IMG/VR virus record: IMGVR_UViG_3300049825_000444
Direction: 5' to 3' (one strand)
Source: an uncultured virus (IMG/VR IMGVR_UViG_3300049825_000444)
Lineage: Duplodnaviria > Heunggongvirae > Uroviricota > Caudoviricetes
DNA: 64,000 nt
The translations under genes were made by a program, and so were the position numbers. The notes beneath the pieces were generated by a model. It had not been told where the DNA came from, searched no databases, and worked only from the letters and a program-made list of their open reading frames with translations. Of this stretch, positions 39,542-49,417 are shown in pieces (the first letter of the stretch is position 1; each line of letters opens with the position of its first letter).

Positions 39542-40210
39542 TTATTTATTTCCCTTCTTAATATTATCCAAAGCCCATAATGGCTGTAAATTAGTATAAT
39601 GACACAGTTTGTACATTTCTTCTTCAGTTTGAGCTGAAGATAGTGGTATAATATGATCTATATGCCATTTGCCAACATTTAACCAAGACATGCCTTCAGT
39701 GAATTGTTTCTCAATATGAACCATTAATTCATTTTGTGTACAACCAATGTATTCAACAAATTTATTATTTTTTCCCCAACCTTTACTTTTTAAAGCACAA
39801 TAAAGACGATTGCGCAGTCTTCGTCTTAAAAGAAAAGAAGGATCGGTTTTTCTTCTAATATTATGTCTTTTATTTTGATTATCTAATGCCCGTCTTTTGT
39901 TATTTATATAATAAATTGATGCTTGTTCTTTTTTTATTTCAGGGTTTTTTTCATATCTTTGTTTATTAGCAGATGATCGACAAGAATTACAATATGGATG
40001 CAAACCAGTTATTCTAGAAGAATCAATATTAAATTCATTAGCTAATTTATTAGTATTACATTTTTTACAAAATCGTTCAACCACTGAGACAGTATAAATT
40101 CTTTTAGGTCTACCCATTTTCTGTTTATTACGACAAACTTTGCAAACATTTCTTTGTTTATCAAAAGAGTCTAAAGTTTTAGTTTCTAAACATTTAATAC
40201 ATTCTTTCAT
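39542..40210 (-). CDS. HNH endonuclease with N-terminal Zn ribbons
   Basis: CxxC pairs; WHIDHIIPL...HYTNLQPLWA.DN..K. Confidence 0.85.
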   Translation of the reverse strand: MKECIKCLETKTLDSFDKQRNVCKVCRNKQKMGRPKRIYTVSVVERFCKKCNTNKLANEFNIDSSRITGLHPYCNSCRSSANKQRYEKNPEIKKEQASIYYINNKRRALDNQNKRHNIRRKTDPSFLLRRRLRNRLYCALKSKGWGKNNKFVEYIGCTQNELMVHIEKQFTEGMSWLNVGKWHIDHIIPLSSAQTEEEMYKLCHYTNLQPLWALDNIKKGNK

Positions 40211-40228
40211 AATAACTCCTATATTTAA

Positions 40229-40257
40229 ATTATATCATCTAAAAAGGAGTGTGTCAA
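40229..40257 (-). promoter_or_regulatory. sigma70 consensus promoter of the HNH gene
   Basis: TTGACA-N17-TATAAT on the minus strand. Confidence 0.8.
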
Positions 40258-40271
40258 CACATATTTTAAAT

Positions 40272-40302
40272 AAAAAAAAAGAGCCGGTTTAGCGACTCTT
40301 TT
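40272..40302 (-). terminator. Intrinsic terminator after the major capsid gene
   Basis: GAGTCG-loop-CGGCTC followed by T9 on the minus strand. Confidence 0.85.
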
Positions 40303-40333
40303 CTTAAATCCTGAATTAAATCAGTTATTTATA

Positions 40334-41554
40334 TTAAACGATATTTTTGATTAGTACGTTTTTACCTGGGCTGTGACAAAATAAAGCTTGATCGGTATAA
40401 CATCTAAGTTCATATCCGGCATGGTTCTCAAGTTCTCGGAAGAACTCATCACCTTTACCAGGACGTCTGAATGTAACATCAGAAGAACCAATTCTCATCA
40501 TTTCATCTGGAGAAATAACGTATGCGAAACCTTGTTTACAGTAGATAGAAGGAACGATTTCGATAACACCATTTTGTCCATGGAACTTAACTTCTTTAGC
40601 TCCATTTTCCATTTTAGCAGAAGAATAAGAAGAATCATATTTGCGCAAAGCAGCTTGGTCTGTCAAAAGATCTGACCATACCATAGGATTAACAACAACC
40701 ATTACATCATTATCAAGTCCTTTTTCAACAGCTTTAGCAACTGCATCTTGGATTTTTGCAAATGAAAGTGCAGCATTTCCAGCATCATACTCATTACCTT
40801 TGAAAAGAACATATTGAGATGCATCAATTCCGAAGATAGTAGAAGTATTAGTGATGATTTTATGAATACCAGCAAATTCGTTACCGTAAGCACCTTTATG
40901 CCATAAAACGTCATTAGCTGAAATTGCAGTAGCAACTCCATCAACAGTGATAGTTTTATTTTCGAAATCAACAGAAACTACGTTCATTGATTTAACTAAA
41001 GTACCACCAGAAGTACGTTGTTCGATTGGCATTTTTTCAGCACCAGCCCAAATTCCAGGTGCCCATTGAGCAGCAGGGATTGAGATAGTATTAGTTGCAG
41101 AAGCAGCAGCAAGAGTAGCATAACCGATTTGTCCATATAACATTTCAATCTCAAGTTTTTTAGTGATTGAACGTAACATGTTTCCGATTAGAAACTTAGT
41201 TGCTTGTTTAAAAGCCTTAGCCCCACCTTCAGCGGAACGAGAAGCAGATTGCAATCCCATTACTGAACGTAGTACTAGAGCCGTACCTCGAACTGTAGCG
41301 TCTTTTAATTGACCAGGAACAGCGTCATTCAATGAGAATGCATCATCTCCAGATCCAGCAAAAGTAACACCATGCTCCATACCAAGAACAACAGGTTGAT
41401 GGTAAAAATTACCAACCGTAGCTTGTTTAGAGAATTGAATTTTAGTTAAAAGTTTAACTCCATCCGGAATTAAGTCTTCGATATCCTTAGCATAAACTTC
41501 TTTGAAAAGACCATTTAGTGTATCTAATGTATTTGCACCAGCGGCAGTAGCCAT
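40334..41554 (-). CDS. Major capsid protein
   Basis: 406 aa after portal and scaffold; LFKEVY N-terminus, typical C-terminus, strong terminator downstream. Confidence 0.85.
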   Translation of the reverse strand: MATAAGANTLDTLNGLFKEVYAKDIEDLIPDGVKLLTKIQFSKQATVGNFYHQPVVLGMEHGVTFAGSGDDAFSLNDAVPGQLKDATVRGTALVLRSVMGLQSASRSAEGGAKAFKQATKFLIGNMLRSITKKLEIEMLYGQIGYATLAAASATNTISIPAAQWAPGIWAGAEKMPIEQRTSGGTLVKSMNVVSVDFENKTITVDGVATAISANDVLWHKGAYGNEFAGIHKIITNTSTIFGIDASQYVLFKGNEYDAGNAALSFAKIQDAVAKAVEKGLDNDVMVVVNPMVWSDLLTDQAALRKYDSSYSSAKMENGAKEVKFHGQNGVIEIVPSIYCKQGFAYVISPDEMMRIGSSDVTFRRPGKGDEFFRELENHAGYELRCYTDQALFCHSPGKNVLIKNIV

Positions 41555-41690
41555 ATTATATTTCCTTTTTTATATTTTATTTTTTGTTTTAATTTTAGAT
41601 TTTTTGGTTAAATTATTTTCTTAATTTGATATTTCGTCATCCTTGCGGGTAGACAAAAGTCGTAGTAATACTTAAACTTACCTAACTATC

Positions 41691-41705
41691 TAATATAACT
41701 TGTTA
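41691..41705 (-). promoter_or_regulatory. Putative phage late promoter motif (capsid gene)
   Basis: TAACAAGTTATATTA about 135 nt upstream of the start codon. Confidence 0.65.
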
Positions 41706-41779
41706 AATCATTAAATTTAATTATATTGACAATTAGATAAAAATAGGCTAGAGAGTATCTAACCTATTGATTTTATTAA

Positions 41780-42769
41780 CTATTCTCGAAAGAAGTCTCT
41801 CATCTTTTTCTTAGGACGATCATCTTCTTCAACTTCTTGTCTAGTTCCAGTATCTTTAGCGACTTGTTTTGCTGTAGCAGTTTGAACCTTCGGTCGGTTA
41901 GAAGAAACTTGTTTTTTTCTATAACGACTTAAATTTTCTTTACCAACAAGCATTTCAATGGTTTCTTCAGGAAGTACATTAAAAAATTCATTAAGTTCTG
42001 AACGCCATTGTTTTTCCACTAAAGGAATCACATCTTTAGCGGTAACATTCTCATAACCATTTTGCATAGCCATAAGCATAGTCTGCGCAACTCGTTGCAT
42101 AACTAGTGGGTTTTTCTTAGGTAAAATAGATTTAGCTGAATCTAAAGCATCTGTAATATCTACTTCGATTTTTTGAGCTTGTTCATTTCTCATACGTTCA
42201 AGTTCTGATTTTTCTCTTGATTCTTCTGCTGATTTCTTTTCTTTACGTAAATCTTCTAGTTCTTTTTGCATTTTTTCTCGTTCAATCTGTTCTGGAGATT
42301 TTTTCATCTCTTCCACTTTACGAGATAGGCGTTTTTCGGCTAATTGATCAACATCCAAACCTAGTTTTTCTAAAATAGACTCAGGATCTTGTTTTAATTG
42401 CTCAATAATAGAATCAACTTGTGATTTATATTGAGAAAATTCTTTTAATCTTTTATCAAAAGCTTTAGACTTTTGTAAATGTTTCTTAAGACCTTCTTCA
42501 TCGTTAAAATCAACTTCTTCTTCAAATTCTTGACCATCAACTTTAAGCTTTAAGATTTTTTTAAGTTCTTTAGCTTCTTGTTTAGTGATTTCACCAGCTT
42601 TAGCTGCTGCATCAATTGCATCATCAGGATTTGCACTACCATCTTCACTAGACAAATCACCTTCTAGACCTGAATCTAGATTTTCATCTGCACCTTGTTG
42701 ACTTAAATCTTGGTTATCCACTGCTGGGGCAGCTTCACCTGGGGCGTTACTTACTTCTGACATACTCAC
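41780..42769 (-). CDS. Capsid scaffolding protein
   Basis: Acidic N-terminus, LKVDGQEFEEEV motif, coiled coil; directly upstream of MCP. Confidence 0.8.
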   Translation of the reverse strand: MSMSEVSNAPGEAAPAVDNQDLSQQGADENLDSGLEGDLSSEDGSANPDDAIDAAAKAGEITKQEAKELKKILKLKVDGQEFEEEVDFNDEEGLKKHLQKSKAFDKRLKEFSQYKSQVDSIIEQLKQDPESILEKLGLDVDQLAEKRLSRKVEEMKKSPEQIEREKMQKELEDLRKEKKSAEESREKSELERMRNEQAQKIEVDITDALDSAKSILPKKNPLVMQRVAQTMLMAMQNGYENVTAKDVIPLVEKQWRSELNEFFNVLPEETIEMLVGKENLSRYRKKQVSSNRPKVQTATAKQVAKDTGTRQEVEEDDRPKKKMRDFFRE

Positions 42770-42819
42770 TCCTTGTTATGATCGTCCTTAATTGGATGGA
42801 TCTTGGTTTTTGTGTCAAT

Positions 42820-43482
42820 TTAAAAACTTAATAATTTTTTTATCTTTGGAAATTCCATTTTTTTAGGTTCAGCATCTAAATATTGAAGGTATCTATCTAG
42901 AACTTCTTTTTTAGTGTTTTCATTTTCAATTTTATTTAAAGATTTTAGTATTTGAGTACGTTCTTCTGGAGTCATGGCCTTAAACATTAAAGAAAAGTCA
43001 ACTGGTCCACCAGCAAGTTCTGCTGCGTCCAGATTTCTTTTTAAAACTCCAGGATTTTTAACATTCTGTTTAACCATTTCTCTCATCATGTCCAATTTTT
43101 GATTTGGATCTGATGCATATTTAGCTAAATCTACAAAATTCTTAGGTAATTGATAATATTTAGAAGCTAAAGCCGCCTTTTCATTGTCTTTTAATGAATC
43201 AAAGCTTGGCATAATCTGCTTCATATGCACTTCATGTTTATCTAGAAGTACATTTCTGATTTGATCTGAAGTATCCTTATCTAATTCTTCTTCACCGGAA
43301 CGCAGCTTCTCTAAATCTTTACCATAAGTAGATATTAATCCTGCAGTATCTTTATCATCTAGATTAAATCCATGTCCAATAGTTGTATAACCGTTGTTAT
43401 CAACATAGGCTTTTGGATTATAGCTTTCATGCTTATCCAAAAATGGAACTAAAAGATTTTGTCTATAATTATTACTGTCCAT
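42820..43482 (-). CDS. T4-type (GH24) lysozyme domain protein
   Basis: E-x8-D-x5-T triad in HESYNPKAYVDNNGYTTIGHG. Confidence 0.8.
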   Translation of the reverse strand: MDSNNYRQNLLVPFLDKHESYNPKAYVDNNGYTTIGHGFNLDDKDTAGLISTYGKDLEKLRSGEEELDKDTSDQIRNVLLDKHEVHMKQIMPSFDSLKDNEKAALASKYYQLPKNFVDLAKYASDPNQKLDMMREMVKQNVKNPGVLKRNLDAAELAGGPVDFSLMFKAMTPEERTQILKSLNKIENENTKKEVLDRYLQYLDAEPKKMEFPKIKKLLSF

Positions 43483-46400
43483 CAGTTGGTTTCTTTAAAG
43501 TTTGTGGACCTAATTGTTCTTGAATTTGAGGATTTGCAAGTAGGTTTGGATCAACTTGTGGCATATTTACATTAATATCTGGTGCGGCACCTTGTTGATC
43601 TAATTGTGTAGCAACAGGTTGTCCACCAATAGAACTAGGAACTTGACCTTGCATAGAAGCATCAGGAATATTTTGCTGTTGAGGTGGAGGTGCTTGATTT
43701 GGTGATAAAGGTTGTTGACCAATCATTTGTAATTTTTCAGGTTCAGTTGATTTTAATAATTCAATATGCTCTTGAATATGAGCAGTTACTCTCATGACTA
43801 GCTCTACATCAAAACGTAATTCAGGATCAGCTAATATAGAAGCATGTTCTTTAATGTGTAAATTATGTTCGTCAGTCCATACAGCAATAACTGGTTCATT
43901 ATTTACCAGTCTTTCATTCTCAGCTTTAATTAAAAATAATTGAGATTGAGTATCTTCCGTCATAACATCAAGTTGTCCGGTATTAATTACAGAAAAATAT
44001 TGTTCGGGAGTTTTAATAACACCCATTTGTAACATTTGTTCTGCCATTTCAACTCGTCCTGCTGTTGTATTATGAGTTACAACAAAATTACCTAATACAA
44101 AGTGAGGTTCTTCTTTTAAAGTAAATCCATAGAATTGTCCTTCACCTACCGGAATTACATTAATTCCATAATTTGACCAATCTCTAGCCTTAGATTTAGG
44201 TTGTGCTTGTTTACGAGGTAATCTAGTTGGAATTTCCCAAGTGTTACCACCAATTGTAACTTTATTGATTTCACCAGTAATTTCACCAACTAAGTCACTA
44301 GAAGAAGATTTAACTTTTTTAGTAGTTACTCTAAACCCTAAAGATTCTGCCAAGAAAACAACATCATTGGTTAATCTATCATTTTTTTGAGTAAAGATAA
44401 ATGTTTCACCATTTCGGTAACCATCAGTATCAATTAATCCAGCCAACAAATCTAATCTTTGGTTTCTAGAACCTTTCAAATAAAGTGCTGGAATATGTTT
44501 ATTATTAATTACTTCCATTTGACGTAATTCGTTCATAAATGGATTTCTATCAGATTTCCCACTACCTTGACCTGAAGTAATGTGGTAAGTTTTAGCCTTA
44601 CCACTAGACGTACTAGTAGAGATTCTTAAATGCATACCAATAGAATCAGCATAATTTTGCCATTCATTTACAATTTCAGCATCCATAGAAGTAATTGCTG
44701 TGGTGGCTGAAGTTCCATCACCTAACCAAGAACCTAAAATATATGCAGGAACGTCTAATTTCTTTTCAGAAAACTCAACACCAACTTTAAATCCTTGTAA
44801 GAGACGTTTGTGTCTATCAGATAATTGTAGATAATCTCTAATTGATATATCTAATATATCACCTTTTTTAGCGTCATATCTAGAATCATCAGAACAATAT
44901 TTTAATGTTAATATATGACTTTCATTTGCACCATAAGATATATTTCTATGTTTATCTTTAGATACAACCTTATACATCATTTCAGTTCCAGTGTTAACAT
45001 TTGAAACAGTTCTAGCTTTAGAATCTGGTCCCATAACTTTTTCATTAATCTGGATATCTTCAACTTTTTTAATTGACCCGTCGTACATTAATACTTCAGT
45101 ACCTTTTTCCAAGCAACGAGCCAAAGGATTACCGATATCAACAATTACTCTAGAAACATCTGATAAATCTTTACCAGTAAATTCTTTTAAATATGAACGA
45201 TTATTTTTACCAACAATTGTTGCCACTCTCGGAACAGCAGCATGATCTTTTAAAATATTAACAATTCCGGTACCAACATCTTCAATTAAAGAAACATATG
45301 ATTGTTGTAATCCTGACATAAATTGTAATGTCATAGATTGAACTAGAGCTAACGCATTAGCTGAACGTAAATTAGGATCTGGATTTCCTCTAGTTACAGA
45401 ATTTACAGAACTAACAGTTTCAATTGCTTTTTCTAACATTTGAATAAAATCAAAAATTTCTTTTGGTGTATTAGTTAAATTAAGTGGTGTAACACCACCA
45501 GCTTGAAGATTAGCTTCAATAACATTTAATCCTGAAGACAGTTGAGACATATTAATGTCAGAACCTCTACCAACTAAAAGATTTTGTACACCGAATGTTG
45601 ATTGATTAGTAAATACGGTAGAATATAAAGTATTAATAGCGTCCTGTGGAGCTAAAATGTCAAACATTGGAGTGTAACCATACGGTGTTCCAAGATAAAA
45701 AGCTGGAACAATTTGATATACTGGAAGATTTTTATAGGGCATTGGTGAATCTAAAAGAATAATATCATCAGAAACAAATAACATATAGTTACCATCTGGA
45801 GTAGCTTCTGTTCTTTTATGGTAAAATTCATAAACAGGAATTAAATCTGTTTCATTGTACATACTAGTAGTTGGTGAATAAACTTGTAATTCATTTTTAG
45901 TTGGTAGAGAAAGAATACCTTCTCTAAATTCTGGATATTTGGCGGCTAGATCAAATCTATTTTTAAAGGAACGAGTAAGAACCCAGTCATGGTTTCTATC
46001 TTCTACGTTACTGTCCATCATAACATCAAAAGGTGATAAGTTTGAAAACTCAACATCACCTTCTTTAATTTCTAAACCAGTTTCATCATCAATATCGTAT
46101 ACTTCACCTCTAGTTGCGTTCCATTCCATTTTAACGTAACCAGAACCAAAAACAATTGCATATTCACATGCAGTTTTTAAATAACCTTCAAGTCTATGAT
46201 CTCTCATATAGTAATCTAAAAGACCATTAGCTAATTTTGTTTGAACTAAAGAACGATAGTCAGTATTAATACTTCTAGCTTGCATTGTGGGCCTAGTTGA
46301 AGTAATCATTGTAAGCATATGCTGAGCAATATTTCTTAAATGATTAATTGCAATTTGAGTAAGCTCACCTTGCTCACCACCGAAAGTGATCATATGAGAA

Positions 46401-46573
46401 TCACCACTATCAGAATAATAAGCACCATGATAAGCTGCCCACATAGTACGAAGTTTATCTAAATAACCGTTAGCCTCTAAAGACTGAAACCAATCATTTG
46501 ATCTACCTAAAAGAACACCAGCTTTATCTTTAGGTTCTTTATTTGCAAAATAAACTTCATCTCTGGAACTCAT
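43472..46573 (-). CDS. Portal protein containing an intein
   Basis: Directly after TerL; P22-like portal patterns; about 684 aa after intein removal; Q/P-rich tail. Confidence 0.85.
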   Translation of the reverse strand: MSSRDEVYFANKEPKDKAGVLLGRSNDWFQSLEANGYLDKLRTMWAAYHGAYYSDSGDSHMITFGGEQGELTQIAINHLRNIAQHMLTMITSTRPTMQARSINTDYRSLVQTKLANGLLDYYMRDHRLEGYLKTACEYAIVFGSGYVKMEWNATRGEVYDIDDETGLEIKEGDVEFSNLSPFDVMMDSNVEDRNHDWVLTRSFKNRFDLAAKYPEFREGILSLPTKNELQVYSPTTSMYNETDLIPVYEFYHKRTEATPDGNYMLFVSDDIILLDSPMPYKNLPVYQIVPAFYLGTPYGYTPMFDILAPQDAINTLYSTVFTNQSTFGVQNLLVGRGSDINMSQLSSGLNVIEANLQAGGVTPLNLTNTPKEIFDFIQMLEKAIETVSSVNSVTRGNPDPNLRSANALALVQSMTLQFMSGLQQSYVSLIEDVGTGIVNILKDHAAVPRVATIVGKNNRSYLKEFTGKDLSDVSRVIVDIGNPLARCLEKGTEVLMYDGSIKKVEDIQINEKVMGPDSKARTVSNVNTGTEMMYKVVSKDKHRNISYGANESHILTLKYCSDDSRYDAKKGDILDISIRDYLQLSDRHKRLLQGFKVGVEFSEKKLDVPAYILGSWLGDGTSATTAITSMDAEIVNEWQNYADSIGMHLRISTSTSSGKAKTYHITSGQGSGKSDRNPFMNELRQMEVINNKHIPALYLKGSRNQRLDLLAGLIDTDGYRNGETFIFTQKNDRLTNDVVFLAESLGFRVTTKKVKSSSSDLVGEITGEINKVTIGGNTWEIPTRLPRKQAQPKSKARDWSNYGINVIPVGEGQFYGFTLKEEPHFVLGNFVVTHNTTAGRVEMAEQMLQMGVIKTPEQYFSVINTGQLDVMTEDTQSQLFLIKAENERLVNNEPVIAVWTDEHNLHIKEHASILADPELRFDVELVMRVTAHIQEHIELLKSTEPEKLQMIGQQPLSPNQAPPPQQQNIPDASMQGQVPSSIGGQPVATQLDQQGAAPDINVNMPQVDPNLLANPQIQEQLGPQTLKKPTDGQ
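44069..45115 (-). mobile_element. Intein with LAGLIDADG endonuclease in the portal
   Basis: Starts CLEKGTEV, ends FVVTHN followed by Thr; internal LLAGLIDTDG and WLGDG; 349 aa. Confidence 0.92.
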
Positions 46574-46582
46574 GTAAACCTC

Positions 46583-46597
46583 TAATATTACTTGTTA
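46583..46597 (-). promoter_or_regulatory. Putative phage late promoter motif (portal gene)
   Basis: TAACAAGTAATATTA followed by GAGG. Confidence 0.65.
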
Positions 46598-49141
46598 TTT
46601 TTTCTTAAACGACGATTTGGGGGTAAATAGCTTCTTAAAACCTTCAAACTTAGGATCTGTTTCACTGTAAGTATTTGGATTCACAAAGTAATTCTGTGCT
46701 GTTCCAAGTTTTCTATATTTATATCCTGTAGGATAAGGGTTCTTATTTTGATCTACGTTACGAACCATATAAGCTAAAGCATCAATGCAGTCATAATGTC
46801 CATTATTTGGATCTCTAGCAAAATCACTTTTACTTTTATTCCAACTAGCGTTCTTAATATGAACAATAAGATTTTTACATTTAGGATTAATAATGATTTG
46901 TCTATTTTGAATCATATTTCTAGCCATATTTAAGTATGCGGATTTATTATGTTTTTCGGTAGCTAAGAAATTTAACTGATGTTCTTGTTGCAAATCATTA
47001 ATAACAATCAAGTTGTTATCTGAAAATCTTAAATAAGGTGGTTCAATTTCACCAGTAAGTTTATTAGTCCAAAGTTCTGCTTCTTTTTGTTTAATACCAT
47101 CAGCTAAATTTGATGTAGTCATTTTATTAATTAAAAATTCATCTTCAATAACCAATACAGCATTATCAAAATCCCAATAAGCAAATAAAACAGCAGTCCA
47201 ATCCTGAAATCCTATATCCATTGCGACATATCTGTCATAAAATATAGGTCTAGGCCATGTAGTTACACAATCCTTTTCAACTTCAGCAGTAAATTCTGGA
47301 ATTACTGAATGATCAGAATCTCTAATAATTTCACATAGATACTCTGTTCTAAAGGCTTCATCATCTTTACCTTTAGTATAGGATTTTACTATGTCAGCAA
47401 CAACTTCTTCTGTAATGCGAGGATTTTCAATTTCTTTGCCATCAGATACTGCATCTAAAATAGTTTTACGAATTAGTCTATTTTCTAATTCAGCTTTTTC
47501 CATTTCTTTATTAAATTCATGATCAGGAATTGGTGGTGTTGTAGATGATAATACAATTCTACCTCTAGTTAGAGTAGTTGTTGGAATTAGAATGTATTTT
47601 ATAATATGATTTAAATCAGAGCAGAATCCAGCTTCATCGACTAAAGCTAAATCAGAATTACCACCTCGAAGTTTTTCATAATTTCCATTATCAGTTCCAG
47701 CTAATTGAATTTCTGAACCATTTGGAAACACATATATATTATCTTGGGTTTTAAATTGTGGAGTTACTTCAGGTGGAGCGTCATCAAATATTTCTTGAAT
47801 GATAGGACGAATATTAGTTCTAATCATTTTTACTTCAGGCTGAAGAAATTTAACAATTGATTTTTCTTTTTTTAAACATTGTTCAATAGCTAATATTGTT
47901 AAAAGATAGCTATTGTGCGTAACTAAACCATTAGCCATAAGAAATAAGTGTGTATCATTTTGTATAGTAATATCATATGTTTGTTTATATGAAGACTTAC
48001 CAATTTTAAAACCAACACAATCTTTATTAGTATTATTTTCTAATAACTCATTATATTCATTTTTCCATTTTTTTCTTGGAGTTTGAATATATTGATCTAA
48101 TTCTTTTAATGCCATTTTATTAAAAAGATTATTTTTAATATTAATATAATACATTGGACCATTTTTATATTTATTTCTTTTTTCTTGAATAATTTTTGCT
48201 TTATATTGGAATAAAGAATAATATAAATATTGAAAAGCAATCATTAAACTTTTTGATTGTGAACAAAATGATAATTTTAAACAACCATCTTTAGTAACCG
48301 CAACGGAACCATCGGTATCAATTAATCCGGCTAGTAAACTTAGTCTACTTTGTCTATTCCAAGTTTTAATAATATTTAAATCAATAATTTTTTCATGGGC
48401 ATATTTATTTTTAATCCATTCATTATAATAATTACAATGCGTCACTTTAGCATGTTTATTTTTTTCAATAATTTCACCAATAAACCATGTAAAATTATTT
48501 GAACCAGAATGGACATATTCAGTATTTAAAATTTTAGCAATATATTTTGGAATTAAATTTGATTCGCTAGATATGTGTATTTTATTGTATTTTTGAAGAC
48601 TACAACCATCACCAGCTAATGCACCAATTGCATAAGCATGAGGTTCATCTATACTTCCACCAGGAATTTGTACAAATTTCCTTACAATACGATCTCTATG
48701 TTTTGCATCACCAATTCGTTTTTCTTGAAGATTATCTTTATAACCTTGAAATAACCAAACATGATCTTTTGTACATTCAGCAACAACATTCATATTATTT
48801 TTAAATTCAAATACTTCCTTAATTCCATTATCCAAAACGTCGGTTATAGGTGTTTCACTAATTGACCCATCGGAATTATATCCATATACCATGTCACCAA
48901 TTTTAAGTTTTTCTATAGCAATGGGACCAGAAGGTGTCATAACTTCAGAACCTTCGGCAATACATTTGCCCAAACGCCTAGAACAGTTGACAACGATAGT
49001 TTTTTCGCTTTTACCATGGTAAAAATCATAAAGCTTTTTTTGAGTGACATCTAATTTCCACTCTAAAATACCTTCAATCCAGAGTCTATATCTGGCTTCT
49101 TTAATGTCTTTATCAGAATAAGAATTATTTTCTTGTAACAT
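46595..49141 (-). CDS. terL: Terminase large subunit containing an intein
   Basis: SRRLGK|S Walker A, VDEAGF Walker B, SSTTP, FRTEYLC, MDIGF and HYDCIDALAY nuclease motifs. Confidence 0.93.
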   Translation of the reverse strand: MLQENNSYSDKDIKEARYRLWIEGILEWKLDVTQKKLYDFYHGKSEKTIVVNCSRRLGKCIAEGSEVMTPSGPIAIEKLKIGDMVYGYNSDGSISETPITDVLDNGIKEVFEFKNNMNVVAECTKDHVWLFQGYKDNLQEKRIGDAKHRDRIVRKFVQIPGGSIDEPHAYAIGALAGDGCSLQKYNKIHISSESNLIPKYIAKILNTEYVHSGSNNFTWFIGEIIEKNKHAKVTHCNYYNEWIKNKYAHEKIIDLNIIKTWNRQSRLSLLAGLIDTDGSVAVTKDGCLKLSFCSQSKSLMIAFQYLYYSLFQYKAKIIQEKRNKYKNGPMYYINIKNNLFNKMALKELDQYIQTPRKKWKNEYNELLENNTNKDCVGFKIGKSSYKQTYDITIQNDTHLFLMANGLVTHNSYLLTILAIEQCLKKEKSIVKFLQPEVKMIRTNIRPIIQEIFDDAPPEVTPQFKTQDNIYVFPNGSEIQLAGTDNGNYEKLRGGNSDLALVDEAGFCSDLNHIIKYILIPTTTLTRGRIVLSSTTPPIPDHEFNKEMEKAELENRLIRKTILDAVSDGKEIENPRITEEVVADIVKSYTKGKDDEAFRTEYLCEIIRDSDHSVIPEFTAEVEKDCVTTWPRPIFYDRYVAMDIGFQDWTAVLFAYWDFDNAVLVIEDEFLINKMTTSNLADGIKQKEAELWTNKLTGEIEPPYLRFSDNNLIVINDLQQEHQLNFLATEKHNKSAYLNMARNMIQNRQIIINPKCKNLIVHIKNASWNKSKSDFARDPNNGHYDCIDALAYMVRNVDQNKNPYPTGYKYRKLGTAQNYFVNPNTYSETDPKFEGFKKLFTPKSSFKKK
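47912..48964 (-). mobile_element. Intein with LAGLIDADG endonuclease in the TerL Walker A motif
   Basis: CIAEGSEV...GLVTHN followed by Ser; LLAGLIDTDG; 351 aa. Confidence 0.93.
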
Positions 49142-49415
49142 TACGCTTTTCTTTAGGCATAGATAAACCTAATAGTTTCTTTAAAGCTTTTTTAGCTTTA
49201 CGATGTAAAACTTCTAAATTAGTAACATTTCCACCAGAATCAACAATAAAACCAGTTACAGGATCAACTAATCTATATTCCATCTTTTCGGGATCAACAA
49301 TTATTCTAATAAACCTTTTTCCATCACTAAAAATTCGTACAGAAACTAAAAGTTTATCTTGCTTTTCAAAACGAATTCTATATCCTGCTGATGCAAATTC
49401 AATATCTTCTGACAT
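49125..49415 (-). CDS. Hypothetical protein
   Basis: Overlaps the TerL start. Confidence 0.6.
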   Translation of the reverse strand: MSEDIEFASAGYRIRFEKQDKLLVSVRIFSDGKRFIRIIVDPEKMEYRLVDPVTGFIVDSGGNVTNLEVLHRKAKKALKKLLGLSMPKEKRNVTRK

Positions 49416-49417
49416 AC

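Noticed and set aside
39166..40260. Group I intron containing the HNH ORF, or a tRNA/5S rRNA at 39166-39287
   Set aside because: No interrupted exon (the capsid gene is complete and terminated); no cloverleaf or T-loop; resemblance to 5S is limited to GCCGAAC.
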